Below are positions 20,095-30,357 of a DNA stretch of 52,600 nt, piece by piece. The notes under the pieces were generated by a model. The model had not been told where the DNA came from. It saw only the letters and a list, made by a program, of their open reading frames with translations, and did no database searches. Origin of the DNA: a virus (lineage: Duplodnaviria; Caudoviricetes). Within the stretch, counting starts at the first letter, position 1; the number at the start of each line of letters is the position of its first letter. The position numbers were made by a program, and so were the translations under genes. The stretch lies in IMG/VR virus record IMGVR_UViG_3300046003_005111, positions 1 through 52,600 of that record. One strand, 5' to 3'.

Positions 20095-23000
20095 TTATAT
20101 GTTATCAAATGATACGTTTTGTGGAGTTACTGTAAATTCAAGTTCAATGAATTCTAAAGTAGGTGTTGGTTTGATAAAGATTCTACCTCTTAATGTGTTT
20201 CTATCGTTATCTTCAACGTCCATTGCAACGCTAACTCTAAAGTCTGTTAAACCTCTTTCTTTTCTGATGTTATCCAAAATTGGGTTAACCAAAGACAAGA
20301 ATTGATTTCTAACTGTAGTATCGTTTGGATCAAATAATAATCTCTTAGATACACTCATGATCAATCTTCTTGCTTGTAATAACAATCTTCTGATGTTAAG
20401 TCTATCAAGAGCACTTGATTTGATTTGCAAGTTTCTGTTACCCCAGATAACAACCCCAACGTCTGAATAAGTCGCTAATGGATTAATTCTACCTGGATAT
20501 AAAACATCTCTAGATTCTTGGTCAAGAACAATACGAGCTCTATTACATTTTACTAAACCTCTATTGTAACCAGCAGTTGCAAACCAAGGGAATGCTACGT
20601 TATCAGTGTAAGCCATGTTTCTTACTACTTCAGCAGTAGGTGGGATAAACAAGTTTGCATTGTTGTCTGTATCTACGATTTGAATCCAAGGATAGTAAAC
20701 CGCAGTGTAGTTAGAATCAATTTCAGTATTTTCTAATTCACTAACGATATCTTCCGCATAGTACCAGTTTTCAGTATCTGAAGGGTTGTTATTGTTTAAC
20801 AACTTGATATCAGGTAATGTTGGTAAATAAATCGCATCCAATCTTTTTTCTTCAACAACCTCAATTGCATCTCTAACCAAGTCAGTATTATTTAAAATAT
20901 CAATACCTGGTGTTGCTAAAATATTGATAGCAGTTTCTTCTGGGTTTTGGAATTTTTTGATACCGTACATTGTAGCGTAGTAATCAGAAGTACCAAATAA
21001 CTCAGCGTATTCAACATTTGTGAATGTATCGAATAATCCAGCTACGAAACCAGTTCTACCGATTTTATAATCATCTGTGTTTGTTCTGTTAACTCTATAC
21101 TCATCCCAACCATCAAAACCACCATAAAATAAAGCTGTGAATTTTCTTGTTCTCATGTTATTGTATGGGTGAGTTGTTGTTCCATCAACAACTATTGGAT
21201 CAATGAATGAAGCGACACCAACAGAAAAAACTTGTTCTCCAGTTACAGAATCAATAAGGCTACTTGCGTTAATATCCATGTGGAAACCTTTTGTTTTAGT
21301 TACGTAATCATCTCCAGTGTTATAAGCGTTGTCACCTAAAGTACTGATTTTACCTTTGAATAATAACAAATCTTTATCAGCACCAAATTGAGTTGAAAAA
21401 CCTAAGTAGTGTTTTCTTATTACATCACCACTAGAAACTGTAGCGTTAGCAAATGGCGGGTTATAAATTGTATCACCAGGTGCATAATATTTAAGTTTGT
21501 ATGGTATTTCTGGAACCTCTGTAGCTGTGTAACCGCTTAAACCATTTGTTCTAAATTCATATCCTTCAAAACCAGCTGGAACACCATCTATAGGGGCGTT
21601 TATAGCCATTTCAAGTACAACATAAGAACTCTTAAGTGGATATTTGTTATCAATTGTACCTATTTTTCTACCAACAAAGTTATCTAACGATTCGTCCATT
21701 GTACAATCAACAAATTTTTCAATTATAGAAGCGTTTGCATCTGTGTCACTAAATGATCTAACGTAGATATCAAATGTTTTCTTAGATAAATCAACATTAG
21801 CGATTGAAGCTTTAATTTCAGTATTAGCGTTAGCACCGTCAGAGATTGAGATTAATCTAAACAATCTTTGTGGTAAACCACCTCTTAATTCAGATACGAA
21901 GAAAGGTGTTACTGGTGATTGATACTGGAATCTGTAGTGATCCCAATCATTAACTGATGTTAATTCACTGTATAAACCTTTAATTTTACCGTTTAATCTA
22001 CCAAATTTTAAAGAAGCATCATAAGTTTCCTCAACGTAGATATAAGAATCTTTATTGTTTGGTGTTGTACCAACCACTTTTTTAATGTAGTTAGATTTTG
22101 TGCTATCTAAAGAAACTGTATATGTGAATGTGCTACCAGTTGGGTTTGCACTTGTACCAGTTAAATCAAAAGCTAAGTATGGATCATTAACAATCCCTAT
22201 TGGGGCAACCATATCCAATGTGTTAACTTTATAACCTAATATATCTGAAGTATAAGTACCTCTACTTCTTATAGTTGCAACATTTTTGTTATGACCTTCC
22301 ATGAATGGATCAGCCATTAAATCAACAGTGAATAATTCTAAAACACCATTAATAATAGTAGCACCAGCAGATGTAAATGTGTGGCAATATAAAGCAAACG
22401 AAGGTCCGTTATATGTTTGAGTACCTGTGTTATATGTTAATTCATTATTTAAGATATAAGCATCTCTATCAGCAGAAGGTATTGTAAAAGGTAACTCATA
22501 TGCATCAACATAATTTGGTGTTAAACTGTGTGTAGCTGCGTCAACTGTTAAATCAGTATCCATATCTTGAGTCAAAAGACCCCAGTATAAAGCATCACCA
22601 ACATAAAAGTCAGCTGTTGTATAAGTACCAATAGTTGTAAAGAATTGATTAAATGATGTATCAAAATCTGTTGTATCAACACCAGTTGCGGTAGCGATAT
22701 AATCAATTAAATCAGTATTACCAGAAACCCCAGTGACATAAAAAGTATTACCGCTAGTATCGAACTGAAAATTAATTGATGTTTGAGTAACACCGCTAGT
22801 TGTTAAAGTTGATTGATCGATCGCACCTAATGTTTTAATAACCCAAGCCATACCAGCATCGTAGCCAGATAAACCTAAAAGTCTTGTTACATACAATTGG
22901 TTTGATTGAGTTAAATACTGTTTTGCAATGTACGGTAATTCGTACTTAACAATCTGCGTATTTTTAAATTTTTCTGGGTTAGTACCACCAAAAGTAGTTT

Positions 23001-23160
23001 TAAATTCATCGAAATTTCTGATGAATATTGGTTGGAATGCTGGACCTTTTAAGGTTTCACCAACTAAACCTAATGTTGTAACACCAACTGTCTCAGTTGT
23101 AAATGATAAGTCCTTTTCGGTTGTGTAGACACCTGGAGATGCATAAACTTTGTTTGCCAT
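20095..23160 (-). CDS. Contractile tail sheath protein (T4 gp18-like)
   Basis: SPGVYTTEKDLS...VGETLKGPAFQP; YYPW; PWFATAGYNRG; RINP; WGNRNL..SALDRLNIRRLL; FDPND; IKPTPTLEFI. Confidence 0.96.
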   Translation of the reverse strand: MANKVYASPGVYTTEKDLSFTTETVGVTTLGLVGETLKGPAFQPIFIRNFDEFKTTFGGTNPEKFKNTQIVKYELPYIAKQYLTQSNQLYVTRLLGLSGYDAGMAWVIKTLGAIDQSTLTTSGVTQTSINFQFDTSGNTFYVTGVSGNTDLIDYIATATGVDTTDFDTSFNQFFTTIGTYTTADFYVGDALYWGLLTQDMDTDLTVDAATHSLTPNYVDAYELPFTIPSADRDAYILNNELTYNTGTQTYNGPSFALYCHTFTSAGATIINGVLELFTVDLMADPFMEGHNKNVATIRSRGTYTSDILGYKVNTLDMVAPIGIVNDPYLAFDLTGTSANPTGSTFTYTVSLDSTKSNYIKKVVGTTPNNKDSYIYVEETYDASLKFGRLNGKIKGLYSELTSVNDWDHYRFQYQSPVTPFFVSELRGGLPQRLFRLISISDGANANTEIKASIANVDLSKKTFDIYVRSFSDTDANASIIEKFVDCTMDESLDNFVGRKIGTIDNKYPLKSSYVVLEMAINAPIDGVPAGFEGYEFRTNGLSGYTATEVPEIPYKLKYYAPGDTIYNPPFANATVSSGDVIRKHYLGFSTQFGADKDLLLFKGKISTLGDNAYNTGDDYVTKTKGFHMDINASSLIDSVTGEQVFSVGVASFIDPIVVDGTTTHPYNNMRTRKFTALFYGGFDGWDEYRVNRTNTDDYKIGRTGFVAGLFDTFTNVEYAELFGTSDYYATMYGIKKFQNPEETAINILATPGIDILNNTDLVRDAIEVVEEKRLDAIYLPTLPDIKLLNNNNPSDTENWYYAEDIVSELENTEIDSNYTAVYYPWIQIVDTDNNANLFIPPTAEVVRNMAYTDNVAFPWFATAGYNRGLVKCNRARIVLDQESRDVLYPGRINPLATYSDVGVVIWGNRNLQIKSSALDRLNIRRLLLQARRLIMSVSKRLLFDPNDTTVRNQFLSLVNPILDNIRKERGLTDFRVSVAMDVEDNDRNTLRGRIFIKPTPTLEFIELEFTVTPQNVSFDNI

Positions 23161-23196
23161 ATTTAGTTAATTTTGTTTATTTAATTTTATCTTATT

Positions 23197-23206
23197 GATA
23201 AATATC
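23197..23206 (-). promoter_or_regulatory. Putative late promoter motif GATATTTATC
   Basis: 36 nt upstream of the sheath ATG. Confidence 0.55.
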
Positions 23207-23263
23207 AGATTTTTTACCAAAAAACCAGAATATTTGTTGATTTTTAAAATTCTTTTTTTATTT

Positions 23264-24031
23264 TTAAATATTTTCTGTTATTGTAAAAGTTCTACTAATC
23301 GCTGGTGTCACAATATAATCATCTGGATCTGATAAAAAACCTTGTAAATTAAAATTGTACATTTGCACATAAAACCTTTTATTATCAAGATCAGTCACTT
23401 GACTTTCATCTGAAGAATCTTCTAAAATAATTGGAATATAATGTCCATTAACCACCGTATAAGCTTGCTTGCTTTGAAAATTTTTTAAAACGGTTGCGTT
23501 AAATTTATTAAGTTCTTGTTGTCTATAAGCGAAAATTCTAACATCGTAAGTTATATCAACAGGAATTGGTTGTGGTATTTGATAAACGTCAACACCCATT
23601 TTATTACCATCCCAAGTTGGAACTTCCGCATACGTATAATGTTTACCTGTCGGTATATTATAAATTAAAGATGGGTTTGTACCGTATTTTGTATCTGGAT
23701 TTCTAACGATATTAATAAACGGAATCTTTAAATTTTTGTACTCATCTGAAAATTTCCATGTTTGTGAAAACTCATTCCATTTCTGGATACCCATCATAAA
23801 AACAGGTACTTTCTCACCGTCAAGAGAAATAGCTAATTCGTTAGTAATAAACTCTTTAAAACCTCTATCTAAATCAACATGCATCACACCCTTTGGTAAA
23901 TACGTATCATTGTTGGTGATCATATCTTTCATATTTTCAGCCGCACCGCTTTGCATTGAGTAAGGATACTCTATGTTTGCACGTTGTTGTGTAAGATTAA
24001 TATTCTTTTTAAATGAACCTGGTAAAGCCAT
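23264..24031 (-). CDS. Tail terminator/sheath stabiliser (T4 gp15-like)
   Basis: IPFINIVR...PIPVDITYDVRIFA....LN; canonical position between neck and sheath. Confidence 0.65.
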   Translation of the reverse strand: MALPGSFKKNINLTQQRANIEYPYSMQSGAAENMKDMITNNDTYLPKGVMHVDLDRGFKEFITNELAISLDGEKVPVFMMGIQKWNEFSQTWKFSDEYKNLKIPFINIVRNPDTKYGTNPSLIYNIPTGKHYTYAEVPTWDGNKMGVDVYQIPQPIPVDITYDVRIFAYRQQELNKFNATVLKNFQSKQAYTVVNGHYIPIILEDSSDESQVTDLDNKRFYVQMYNFNLQGFLSDPDDYIVTPAISRTFTITENI

Positions 24032-24033
24032 GT

Positions 24034-24555
24034 TTATAGTCCCTTAAATACGTTAGGATCCACGTTTGTACATTTTATTCTTTTAAAATAACCAGAGTAA
24101 CCAAATTGGGTACTTGGGTTATCAGTATTCACGGTATCATCATCAAAAACCGTAAAATATTTAAAATTGTTTTGTCTATCCGAATAACCAATAATATCAC
24201 CATAACTTATTTCGGTATTCTTCTCATCCAATTGTTTCTGTAAAACCGTAAACTCAAGATTTCCATAGTCTTGATACCTTAAATTACCGTTTGGTGAATA
24301 TGATTTATTCTCACCATTTTCAAGGTTAAGTATAACCTTTAACTCGACTGGTGATAAAAATCTGATATCATTTACGTTACTTTCACCGTAAACATCATCC
24401 ATTTGTGTGTTAACCCTATCAACTCTAAATAAAACAACAGTAAAATTCATATCACCCTCGATTAGCTCTGTTGCCATATCAAGCTCAAGTTGAAAATCTT
24501 CTTCGTCATAAAACCTATTCAACCTTGTATTTGGTATTCTAGTTTTTCTTTCCAT
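24034..24555 (-). CDS. Neck/head-closure protein (T4 gp14-like); start probably MERK at 24555 rather than 24567
   Basis: DDVYGE....F..PVEL...GDII pattern; the late motif at 24567-24575 overlaps the upstream ATG, favouring the second Met. Confidence 0.65.
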   Translation of the reverse strand: MERKTRIPNTRLNRFYDEEDFQLELDMATELIEGDMNFTVVLFRVDRVNTQMDDVYGESNVNDIRFLSPVELKVILNLENGENKSYSPNGNLRYQDYGNLEFTVLQKQLDEKNTEISYGDIIGYSDRQNNFKYFTVFDDDTVNTDNPSTQFGYSGYFKRIKCTNVDPNVFKGL

Positions 24556-24592
24556 TGCTGTTTTCATATAAATACTTTGATTTATTAATGAA

Positions 24593-24621
24593 TTGACTTT
24601 ATCCTAAAAATTTATTATTAT
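24593..24621 (+). promoter_or_regulatory. Sigma70-like promoter TTGACT-N17-TATTAT
   Basis: Near-consensus hexamers with 17-nt spacer, 34 nt upstream of the helicase. Confidence 0.65.
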
Positions 24622-24655
24622 TAAATAACAATAAATTAAGGTAAAACAAACATAA

Positions 24656-26434
24656 ATGCAATTACCAATAGAAAAGAGGGCTCTAGATATATTAAAAACA
24701 TACAAAGGGTCAAATGATTATATATTGGGTATACAGAATACTTACTTTACAAGTAAAAGTTTTATACCCACAAAAAACCAAAGTGATTATATCATTAGAA
24801 ATGGTAATGTTGATCCAGTTGTTGTTAATAAATTATTTGATATTAGTAAATCTTGTAGATCTTTTATTGCTGAACAATTAAAATTAGATTTTATCCCTGA
24901 AAATATATTCATCAATAAATTACTTAGTAGAAAAGAAAATTTTTTACATGTTTATGGTTGTTTTGAGGAAGGTTGTGATGAATATCACACTTTTTACATA
25001 TCAAAAGAATGTGTAAAAGTTAGTCGCCCTGAACCAGAAATTGATCCAACAAAGTATGAAAGGGATCCAAAACCACATCAGATAACAGCTATTAAAAAAT
25101 TATTGACAAACGATAAGTTTATCTTGGCGGATGAAATGGGTTTAGGAAAAACCACGTCTGCTATTATCGCAGCCATGGAAGGTCAATTTAAAAAGATATT
25201 AGTTGTTTGTCCAGCATCTCTTAAACTTAACTGGAAAATTGAAATTTCAAACTACGATTCACCAAATAACATCAGTGTTGTTGATGGAAGTAATCTTACC
25301 GTAAAGAAATGGACAATTGTAAATTACGATATTCTTAAGAACTTTCATCATTTACCTAGACGTGGTGTTAAAACCGCTGATTTACCTGTATCACCAATTG
25401 ATTACCATAAATTTGATTTGGTTATTGCGGACGAGGCTCATTACCTTAAAAATGCTGCATCAAATAGAACAAAAATATTTAATGATTTTGCTATGAAAAT
25501 ACCAGTAAGATGGTTATTGACAGGTACTCCAATCACAAATAAACCGATTGATTTTTATAATCTTTTGTATTTGTGTGAATCTCCTGTGGCATCTAATTGG
25601 GTTGGTTATGTTAAAAGATATTGTGCTGGTAGACAATTTAACCGTAAAGGTACAAAGCAAAAGTATTGGGTTTGTTCTGGGTCCTCAAATCTTGAGGAAT
25701 TAAAAGATTTTTCTGCTGATGTTATTTTGAGAAGAACTAAAAGTGATTCTATTGATTTACCACAAAAGACTATCAAACCTGTTTATTTACCATTAGAGTT
25801 CTCAACCAGTTATAACGCTTATATTGATGAGTACGAAGCTTGGATTGAAGAAATGGAAGCTGCTGGTGAAAAACCAACAATTACTGATCACTTAACAAAA
25901 CTTATCAAAGTTAGACAATTATTATCTTATGATAAAATTGCGCATACAATTGAAATGGCTGAAGAAATTATTGAGAACGGACAAAAGGTTATTATTTTCA
26001 GTTGTTTCTCGAATACTATTAAGGAATTAATGGCTCATTTTAGTAAAAAAGCTGTTATGATTGACGGATCGGTTTCAAAAGAAAAACGCCAACAGGCTGT
26101 CGAGTCATTTCAGAATGATGAAAAAATTACAGTTTTCTGTGGTAATATTGTAGCTGCTGGTGTTGGTTTAACATTAACCGAGGGTAGTGTTGTAATATTT
26201 AATGATCTTGACTGGACCCCAGCTAACCATATGCAAGCTGAAGATAGAGCACATAGAATTGGTCAACAAAATCAGGTTCACATCATTTATCCTTTGTTTG
26301 CGGATACTTTAGATATGATCATGTATAAAGCACTTCAAAGTAAGATGAAGATTATTAGTACGATTATGGGTGATAACCCATCAGAAGAACAAATTTCTGT
26401 CGGTAAAGAAGTTATTATGCACCTTAGACGTTAA
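24656..26434 (+). CDS. SNF2-family (SMARCAL1/HARP-like) helicase/translocase
   Basis: LADEMGLGKT, VVCPASLK.NW, DEAH, LTGTP..N, RRTK, GVGLTLT, QAEDRAHRIGQ. Confidence 0.95.
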   Translation: MQLPIEKRALDILKTYKGSNDYILGIQNTYFTSKSFIPTKNQSDYIIRNGNVDPVVVNKLFDISKSCRSFIAEQLKLDFIPENIFINKLLSRKENFLHVYGCFEEGCDEYHTFYISKECVKVSRPEPEIDPTKYERDPKPHQITAIKKLLTNDKFILADEMGLGKTTSAIIAAMEGQFKKILVVCPASLKLNWKIEISNYDSPNNISVVDGSNLTVKKWTIVNYDILKNFHHLPRRGVKTADLPVSPIDYHKFDLVIADEAHYLKNAASNRTKIFNDFAMKIPVRWLLTGTPITNKPIDFYNLLYLCESPVASNWVGYVKRYCAGRQFNRKGTKQKYWVCSGSSNLEELKDFSADVILRRTKSDSIDLPQKTIKPVYLPLEFSTSYNAYIDEYEAWIEEMEAAGEKPTITDHLTKLIKVRQLLSYDKIAHTIEMAEEIIENGQKVIIFSCFSNTIKELMAHFSKKAVMIDGSVSKEKRQQAVESFQNDEKITVFCGNIVAAGVGLTLTEGSVVIFNDLDWTPANHMQAEDRAHRIGQQNQVHIIYPLFADTLDMIMYKALQSKMKIISTIMGDNPSEEQISVGKEVIMHLRR

Positions 26435-27606
26435 TGTTGTAATAAATAACTACCTTTAACATCTTTTCTTTGAGCACCTATGTCACTGTCACCAGCAGGT
26501 AACACAATTACATTATATTTAAATGGTTCGTCTTGTGTTGTTGGTAGCTCGTCTGTATAAACAATCGATTCGTATGGTATATTATACTTAACACTAATAA
26601 GATTTTTTAACGTTTCTTTAGCCGCATCATCAATAAAAGTAGCTTTTTCTTTTTCATCTTTAATGTAACTATTTCGGTCTTTTTTAAATAAACCTTTAAA
26701 TAATTCCTTTGGTACTATTTTAGAAATTTTAGCTGTATCGGTATTAACTTTAGCTGTTTCTTTTTTATTTGCATCATCAGAAAAATTCATAACAAAGTTT
26801 GGGTCAGCGATATTAGCGATGTCACCCATTTTTGTGTAAGCGTAAGATTCAACATTATAACCAGATTTAAGTAATTGGTTTGTAACACTAATCGCTATAT
26901 CATAATATTTTTTAGCAAAAAAATCACCAGCATCATTCCATCTTAAAATCATTTTAATGTCCACACCATCTTTTTTTGATTGTCTTTTTAAACCGTATGC
27001 TAACGGATCTAATTCATCCATTATGATATTTTCATACATTTCAGGATCGTTTAATAATAAATTAAGTCTTTGTGTGTATTTTAGGTTTTTACCGTAATTC
27101 ATGATATAAAAACCTTTTCTAGCATAACAGTCAATCGCACATGAACCAGCCCCAGGACAAGTATTAATCGTATAGAATTTACCTTGTTCTTTATCATAAA
27201 GAATACTTCTTAATGCTGGTATACCTGTATTAACAGTATACTGTAAACCACCCCTATCGCTTTTTTCCATTTTAGGATTTCTATCGAATATTTGTTGTGG
27301 TAATGTAGTGATTTGTCTAATAAAATGATCAATATCAATCTCACCTTCATTATCTGTTGGTATATTTTTACCACTTATAATTGGTTCATCCGCATTTATC
27401 TTACCTCTATCTTTTGATGGCCTGCTTAATCTATCTAATTGTGAGTTTAACATAGCTACAACAGATTCTGGGGATAAGCAACTTTTTTTAACATCACCAA
27501 AATCTTTTTCCCAATCAACCTCAGATATGTTTGTGGACTCATTTAAACGAAAACCAATTAATTCTTTTGTTCTGAGTATCGCGTTATTAAATTTGTTATT
27601 AGTCAT
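26431..27606 (-). CDS. GP88-like protein with Cx5Cx3C motif (radical-SAM-like); start probably 27606
   Basis: TCPGAGSCAIDCYARKG.Y, RWNDAGDFF, YAYTK, NFS motifs. The 27687 start would overlap the divergent gene and promoter. Confidence 0.7.
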   Translation of the reverse strand: MTNNKFNNAILRTKELIGFRLNESTNISEVDWEKDFGDVKKSCLSPESVVAMLNSQLDRLSRPSKDRGKINADEPIISGKNIPTDNEGEIDIDHFIRQITTLPQQIFDRNPKMEKSDRGGLQYTVNTGIPALRSILYDKEQGKFYTINTCPGAGSCAIDCYARKGFYIMNYGKNLKYTQRLNLLLNDPEMYENIIMDELDPLAYGLKRQSKKDGVDIKMILRWNDAGDFFAKKYYDIAISVTNQLLKSGYNVESYAYTKMGDIANIADPNFVMNFSDDANKKETAKVNTDTAKISKIVPKELFKGLFKKDRNSYIKDEKEKATFIDDAAKETLKNLISVKYNIPYESIVYTDELPTTQDEPFKYNVIVLPAGDSDIGAQRKDVKGSYLLQH

Positions 27607-27625
27607 AATATTCCTGTATTTAAAA

Positions 27626-27643
27626 GTATTTATTATAAATATT
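27626..27643. promoter_or_regulatory. Adjacent late motifs for divergent genes (GTATTTAT on +, AATATTTATA on -)
   Basis: Two oppositely oriented copies in a 43-bp intergenic region between divergent genes. Confidence 0.6.
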
Positions 27644-27649
27644 AAGTAA

Positions 27650-28741
27650 ATGAGAATAAATCCGATTGAAAAAGAAAAAATATACAAACAAGCTAAACAT
27701 AGACTTGGTGCCCCTATTAGAAAAATTCAATTAGAGGATGAACAAATGGACTCACTTCTTGAAATCGCAACAGAAGACTATGTTGAGTTTATCAATAATT
27801 GGTTAATTGAACATCAATGGCCAAGTTTAATTGGTTTAAGTATTAGTGAAGCTGATTTGACAAGAGCTTTTATTTATAGAACTTTTGATTTGGTTACCCA
27901 ATATACTTACTCCTACTCAAAAATCGTTGGGTTAGGTGCTGGTGAAGGTGGTTATGTACTTAAAAAAGATTACGTTGAGTTGTCTAAAGGCCAACAAATG
28001 TATGAGATTCCAGCCAACAGAGAGATAAATGAGGTTTTGTGGTTTACACCAGCTTCTTTGGACCAATCTGTTATCGACCCATTCTTGGGTGTTTGGAATA
28101 ATCAATTTGGTGCTGAATATATGGGGTTAGGTAGTTACTATATCTTACCAGCTTTTGATATTTTAATGAGAACAACGGATAGAAATCTTAAAAATAGAAT
28201 GATTCGTTCTGAATTAATTTATAAAATCACAAATGCACCTGATGGGAAAAAATATCTTCATTTAATGAACACACCTGGTGGTAAGTTTGATTTTAGAGGT
28301 TCAATGCTTGACCAAGGTAAATGCTGGTATTGGTATTATGATATTAACCCATTAATTAAAGATGATTGTTTAGCAAAAAACAAAGATATCATTAAATCAC
28401 CTTCCGATGTTCCTTTGGATGATATTTCATTCGATGATTTAAATGACCCAGCTAAAGTTTGGATAAGAAGATACTTCATCGCTTTATGTAAAGAAACTTT
28501 AGGTAGAGTAAGAGGTACATTTAGTGGTAAAATACCAGTTCCAGATGCAAATATGGAAATTGAATACCAATCTCTTTTATCTGAGGGTAAAGATGAAATG
28601 GTTACACTTAAAAAAGAATTAGAAGATAGAATGCTTAGATTAAACCCATTAGAAATACTTAAAAGAATGTCTTCTGAGGCTGAAGAGGTTAATAAATCCC
28701 TTAAATATAGAGCGTTCCAAAAACCAATTAAAATTATATAA
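27650..28741 (+). CDS. Neck protein/head-tail adaptor (T4 gp13-like)
   Basis: RLGAPIRKIQLEDEQ N-terminus and WIRRYFIALCKETLGRVRG.F...P C-terminus. Confidence 0.8.
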   Translation: MRINPIEKEKIYKQAKHRLGAPIRKIQLEDEQMDSLLEIATEDYVEFINNWLIEHQWPSLIGLSISEADLTRAFIYRTFDLVTQYTYSYSKIVGLGAGEGGYVLKKDYVELSKGQQMYEIPANREINEVLWFTPASLDQSVIDPFLGVWNNQFGAEYMGLGSYYILPAFDILMRTTDRNLKNRMIRSELIYKITNAPDGKKYLHLMNTPGGKFDFRGSMLDQGKCWYWYYDINPLIKDDCLAKNKDIIKSPSDVPLDDISFDDLNDPAKVWIRRYFIALCKETLGRVRGTFSGKIPVPDANMEIEYQSLLSEGKDEMVTLKKELEDRMLRLNPLEILKRMSSEAEEVNKSLKYRAFQKPIKII

Positions 28742-30357
28742 TGTTTTATACAGCCCTAGATAAAAGTGATTATTTTGATTTAGTTGTCACAAAAGATTGT
28801 CGTGATTTTTATCGTGATTATAACGAATGTAAATTAATAAACATTAACGTTACTGAAGACTTATGTTCAATACCTGGGGGTGTTCAAACAGGGGAAGTTG
28901 AGTTAAAAAATATAACCCTTACTGGTTATGATAATTTTTTCATATATAACGGTGTAACGTTTAATACTAATAATTTTACATGGAATACAGCAACTGTTGC
29001 TTGGTTAAACGCTAATTTTAGTTGGTTAAATGATATAGGTGACGGAACAACTGGTTATACCGTAAATAATAACACTATTATTGATATTAATAATGATTTA
29101 ACTTACATTATTGAAAGTGGTGACACATTTTGTTTTCACGAAATATCTGGGTATAGTGGTAACTATTGTTATGAAATTAATCATCTTGAATTAGATAACG
29201 GTGTGTATTATAATAAATTAAACGGTGGGTTTTATCAAGGTTTTTATAAAATATTCGGGCAAAACGTTGAATGGTTTCCAGCTAGAGCTAAAAAGGGTTG
29301 GACTGTTGATATGGTTGTCCATTTTCCAATGGATTTATCTGGAACAACATCTGGAACAACATCTGGAGAAACGTGTGTTATCTTAAATGACATTTACCCA
29401 AATAATAGCGGTTTTATTTTTTATATCGGTACAAGAGCTGAGAATAAATTTGCTGATCAAACAACAATTGAAGTACAAAGATTAGAAACAGAATATAGTG
29501 TTACACCTTTAAATACAAATAATTTATACACATACAATAGTTTAATAACCCTGGATGGTTTAACAAACTACATTGGTTATTTCAATTATTATAACGGTTT
29601 AATGTATACTGGTAGAAATTATACAACAGATTCACAACCATTACAATACCACCAAAAATATGGTGATTTAACATATAATGCGTTTGGTATTAGAGTTACT
29701 AATGATGGTAAAATTGGTTATAGAACCATATACCCAACTGACGTTTGTTATAGTGGTGCCACACAAGAGGTTAGTGGTATAACAAATAATTCATTTATTA
29801 TGGAACCTGACGATCCTTGTGTTAATTACACAAAAGCTCTTATCGTTACAAAATATTTTACTATCGAAGAATGTTACACAAAAAAACCTATTATTAATGT
29901 TAGCGAAAATAAATTTTTAAACATAACTGGTGTTTTTGAAAGAGATTTTGCTTATGGTGATAATTGTCAATTAAAATATGGTGATTACAAAAAAGGTTCT
30001 TTTTCAATTTATTTAAATGGGTTCTTAGTTTTTAGAAATAAAAATTTTATTGAAGTCATGCCGCATGAATTAGACACTGACTCAAAATACCAAGAAGGTG
30101 TACCATTTAATATTTCTTTTGGCGGTGGTACCCAAAATTTAATGGATTTTATTTCACTCGATAACACAAAACATATAAACACTGTACTTGAAAAATTCTT
30201 TGCTGGGACATTTTTAGGTGGAGTTAAATCATTTAAAATGCATTGCGTACCTTTATACACTGTTGAGGTTAAAAAAGAGTTTAGAAGTATTGCGGATATG
30301 TACGATTTACCAATAATAAACGGTGGGAGACAAATATTTATAAAAAATTTATTCTAA
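28741..30357 (+). CDS. Putative virion structural protein, beta-rich, possible LamG/concanavalin-like C-terminus
   Basis: LNGGFYQGFYK, GFIFYIGTRAENKF, IYLNG, ISFGGGTQNL..F.G motifs; coupled to the neck gene; many SGxT motifs. Confidence 0.55.
   Translation: MFYTALDKSDYFDLVVTKDCRDFYRDYNECKLININVTEDLCSIPGGVQTGEVELKNITLTGYDNFFIYNGVTFNTNNFTWNTATVAWLNANFSWLNDIGDGTTGYTVNNNTIIDINNDLTYIIESGDTFCFHEISGYSGNYCYEINHLELDNGVYYNKLNGGFYQGFYKIFGQNVEWFPARAKKGWTVDMVVHFPMDLSGTTSGTTSGETCVILNDIYPNNSGFIFYIGTRAENKFADQTTIEVQRLETEYSVTPLNTNNLYTYNSLITLDGLTNYIGYFNYYNGLMYTGRNYTTDSQPLQYHQKYGDLTYNAFGIRVTNDGKIGYRTIYPTDVCYSGATQEVSGITNNSFIMEPDDPCVNYTKALIVTKYFTIEECYTKKPIINVSENKFLNITGVFERDFAYGDNCQLKYGDYKKGSFSIYLNGFLVFRNKNFIEVMPHELDTDSKYQEGVPFNISFGGGTQNLMDFISLDNTKHINTVLEKFFAGTFLGGVKSFKMHCVPLYTVEVKKEFRSIADMYDLPIINGGRQIFIKNLF
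29337..29367 (+). repeat. 12-bp tandem repeat (2.5 copies) encoding SGTT
   Basis: atctggaacaac atctggaacaac atctgga. Confidence 0.9.

Noticed and set aside
11597-24567. Bacterial extracellular contractile injection system or tailocin
   Set aside because: Neck proteins, PolB, helicase, phage sigma, dUTPase and PhoH in the same window indicate a replicating phage.
27607-27687. Hydrophobic N-terminal signal anchor on the GP88-like protein
   Set aside because: Artefact of extending the ORF through the AT-rich promoter into the divergent gene; true start is probably 27606.
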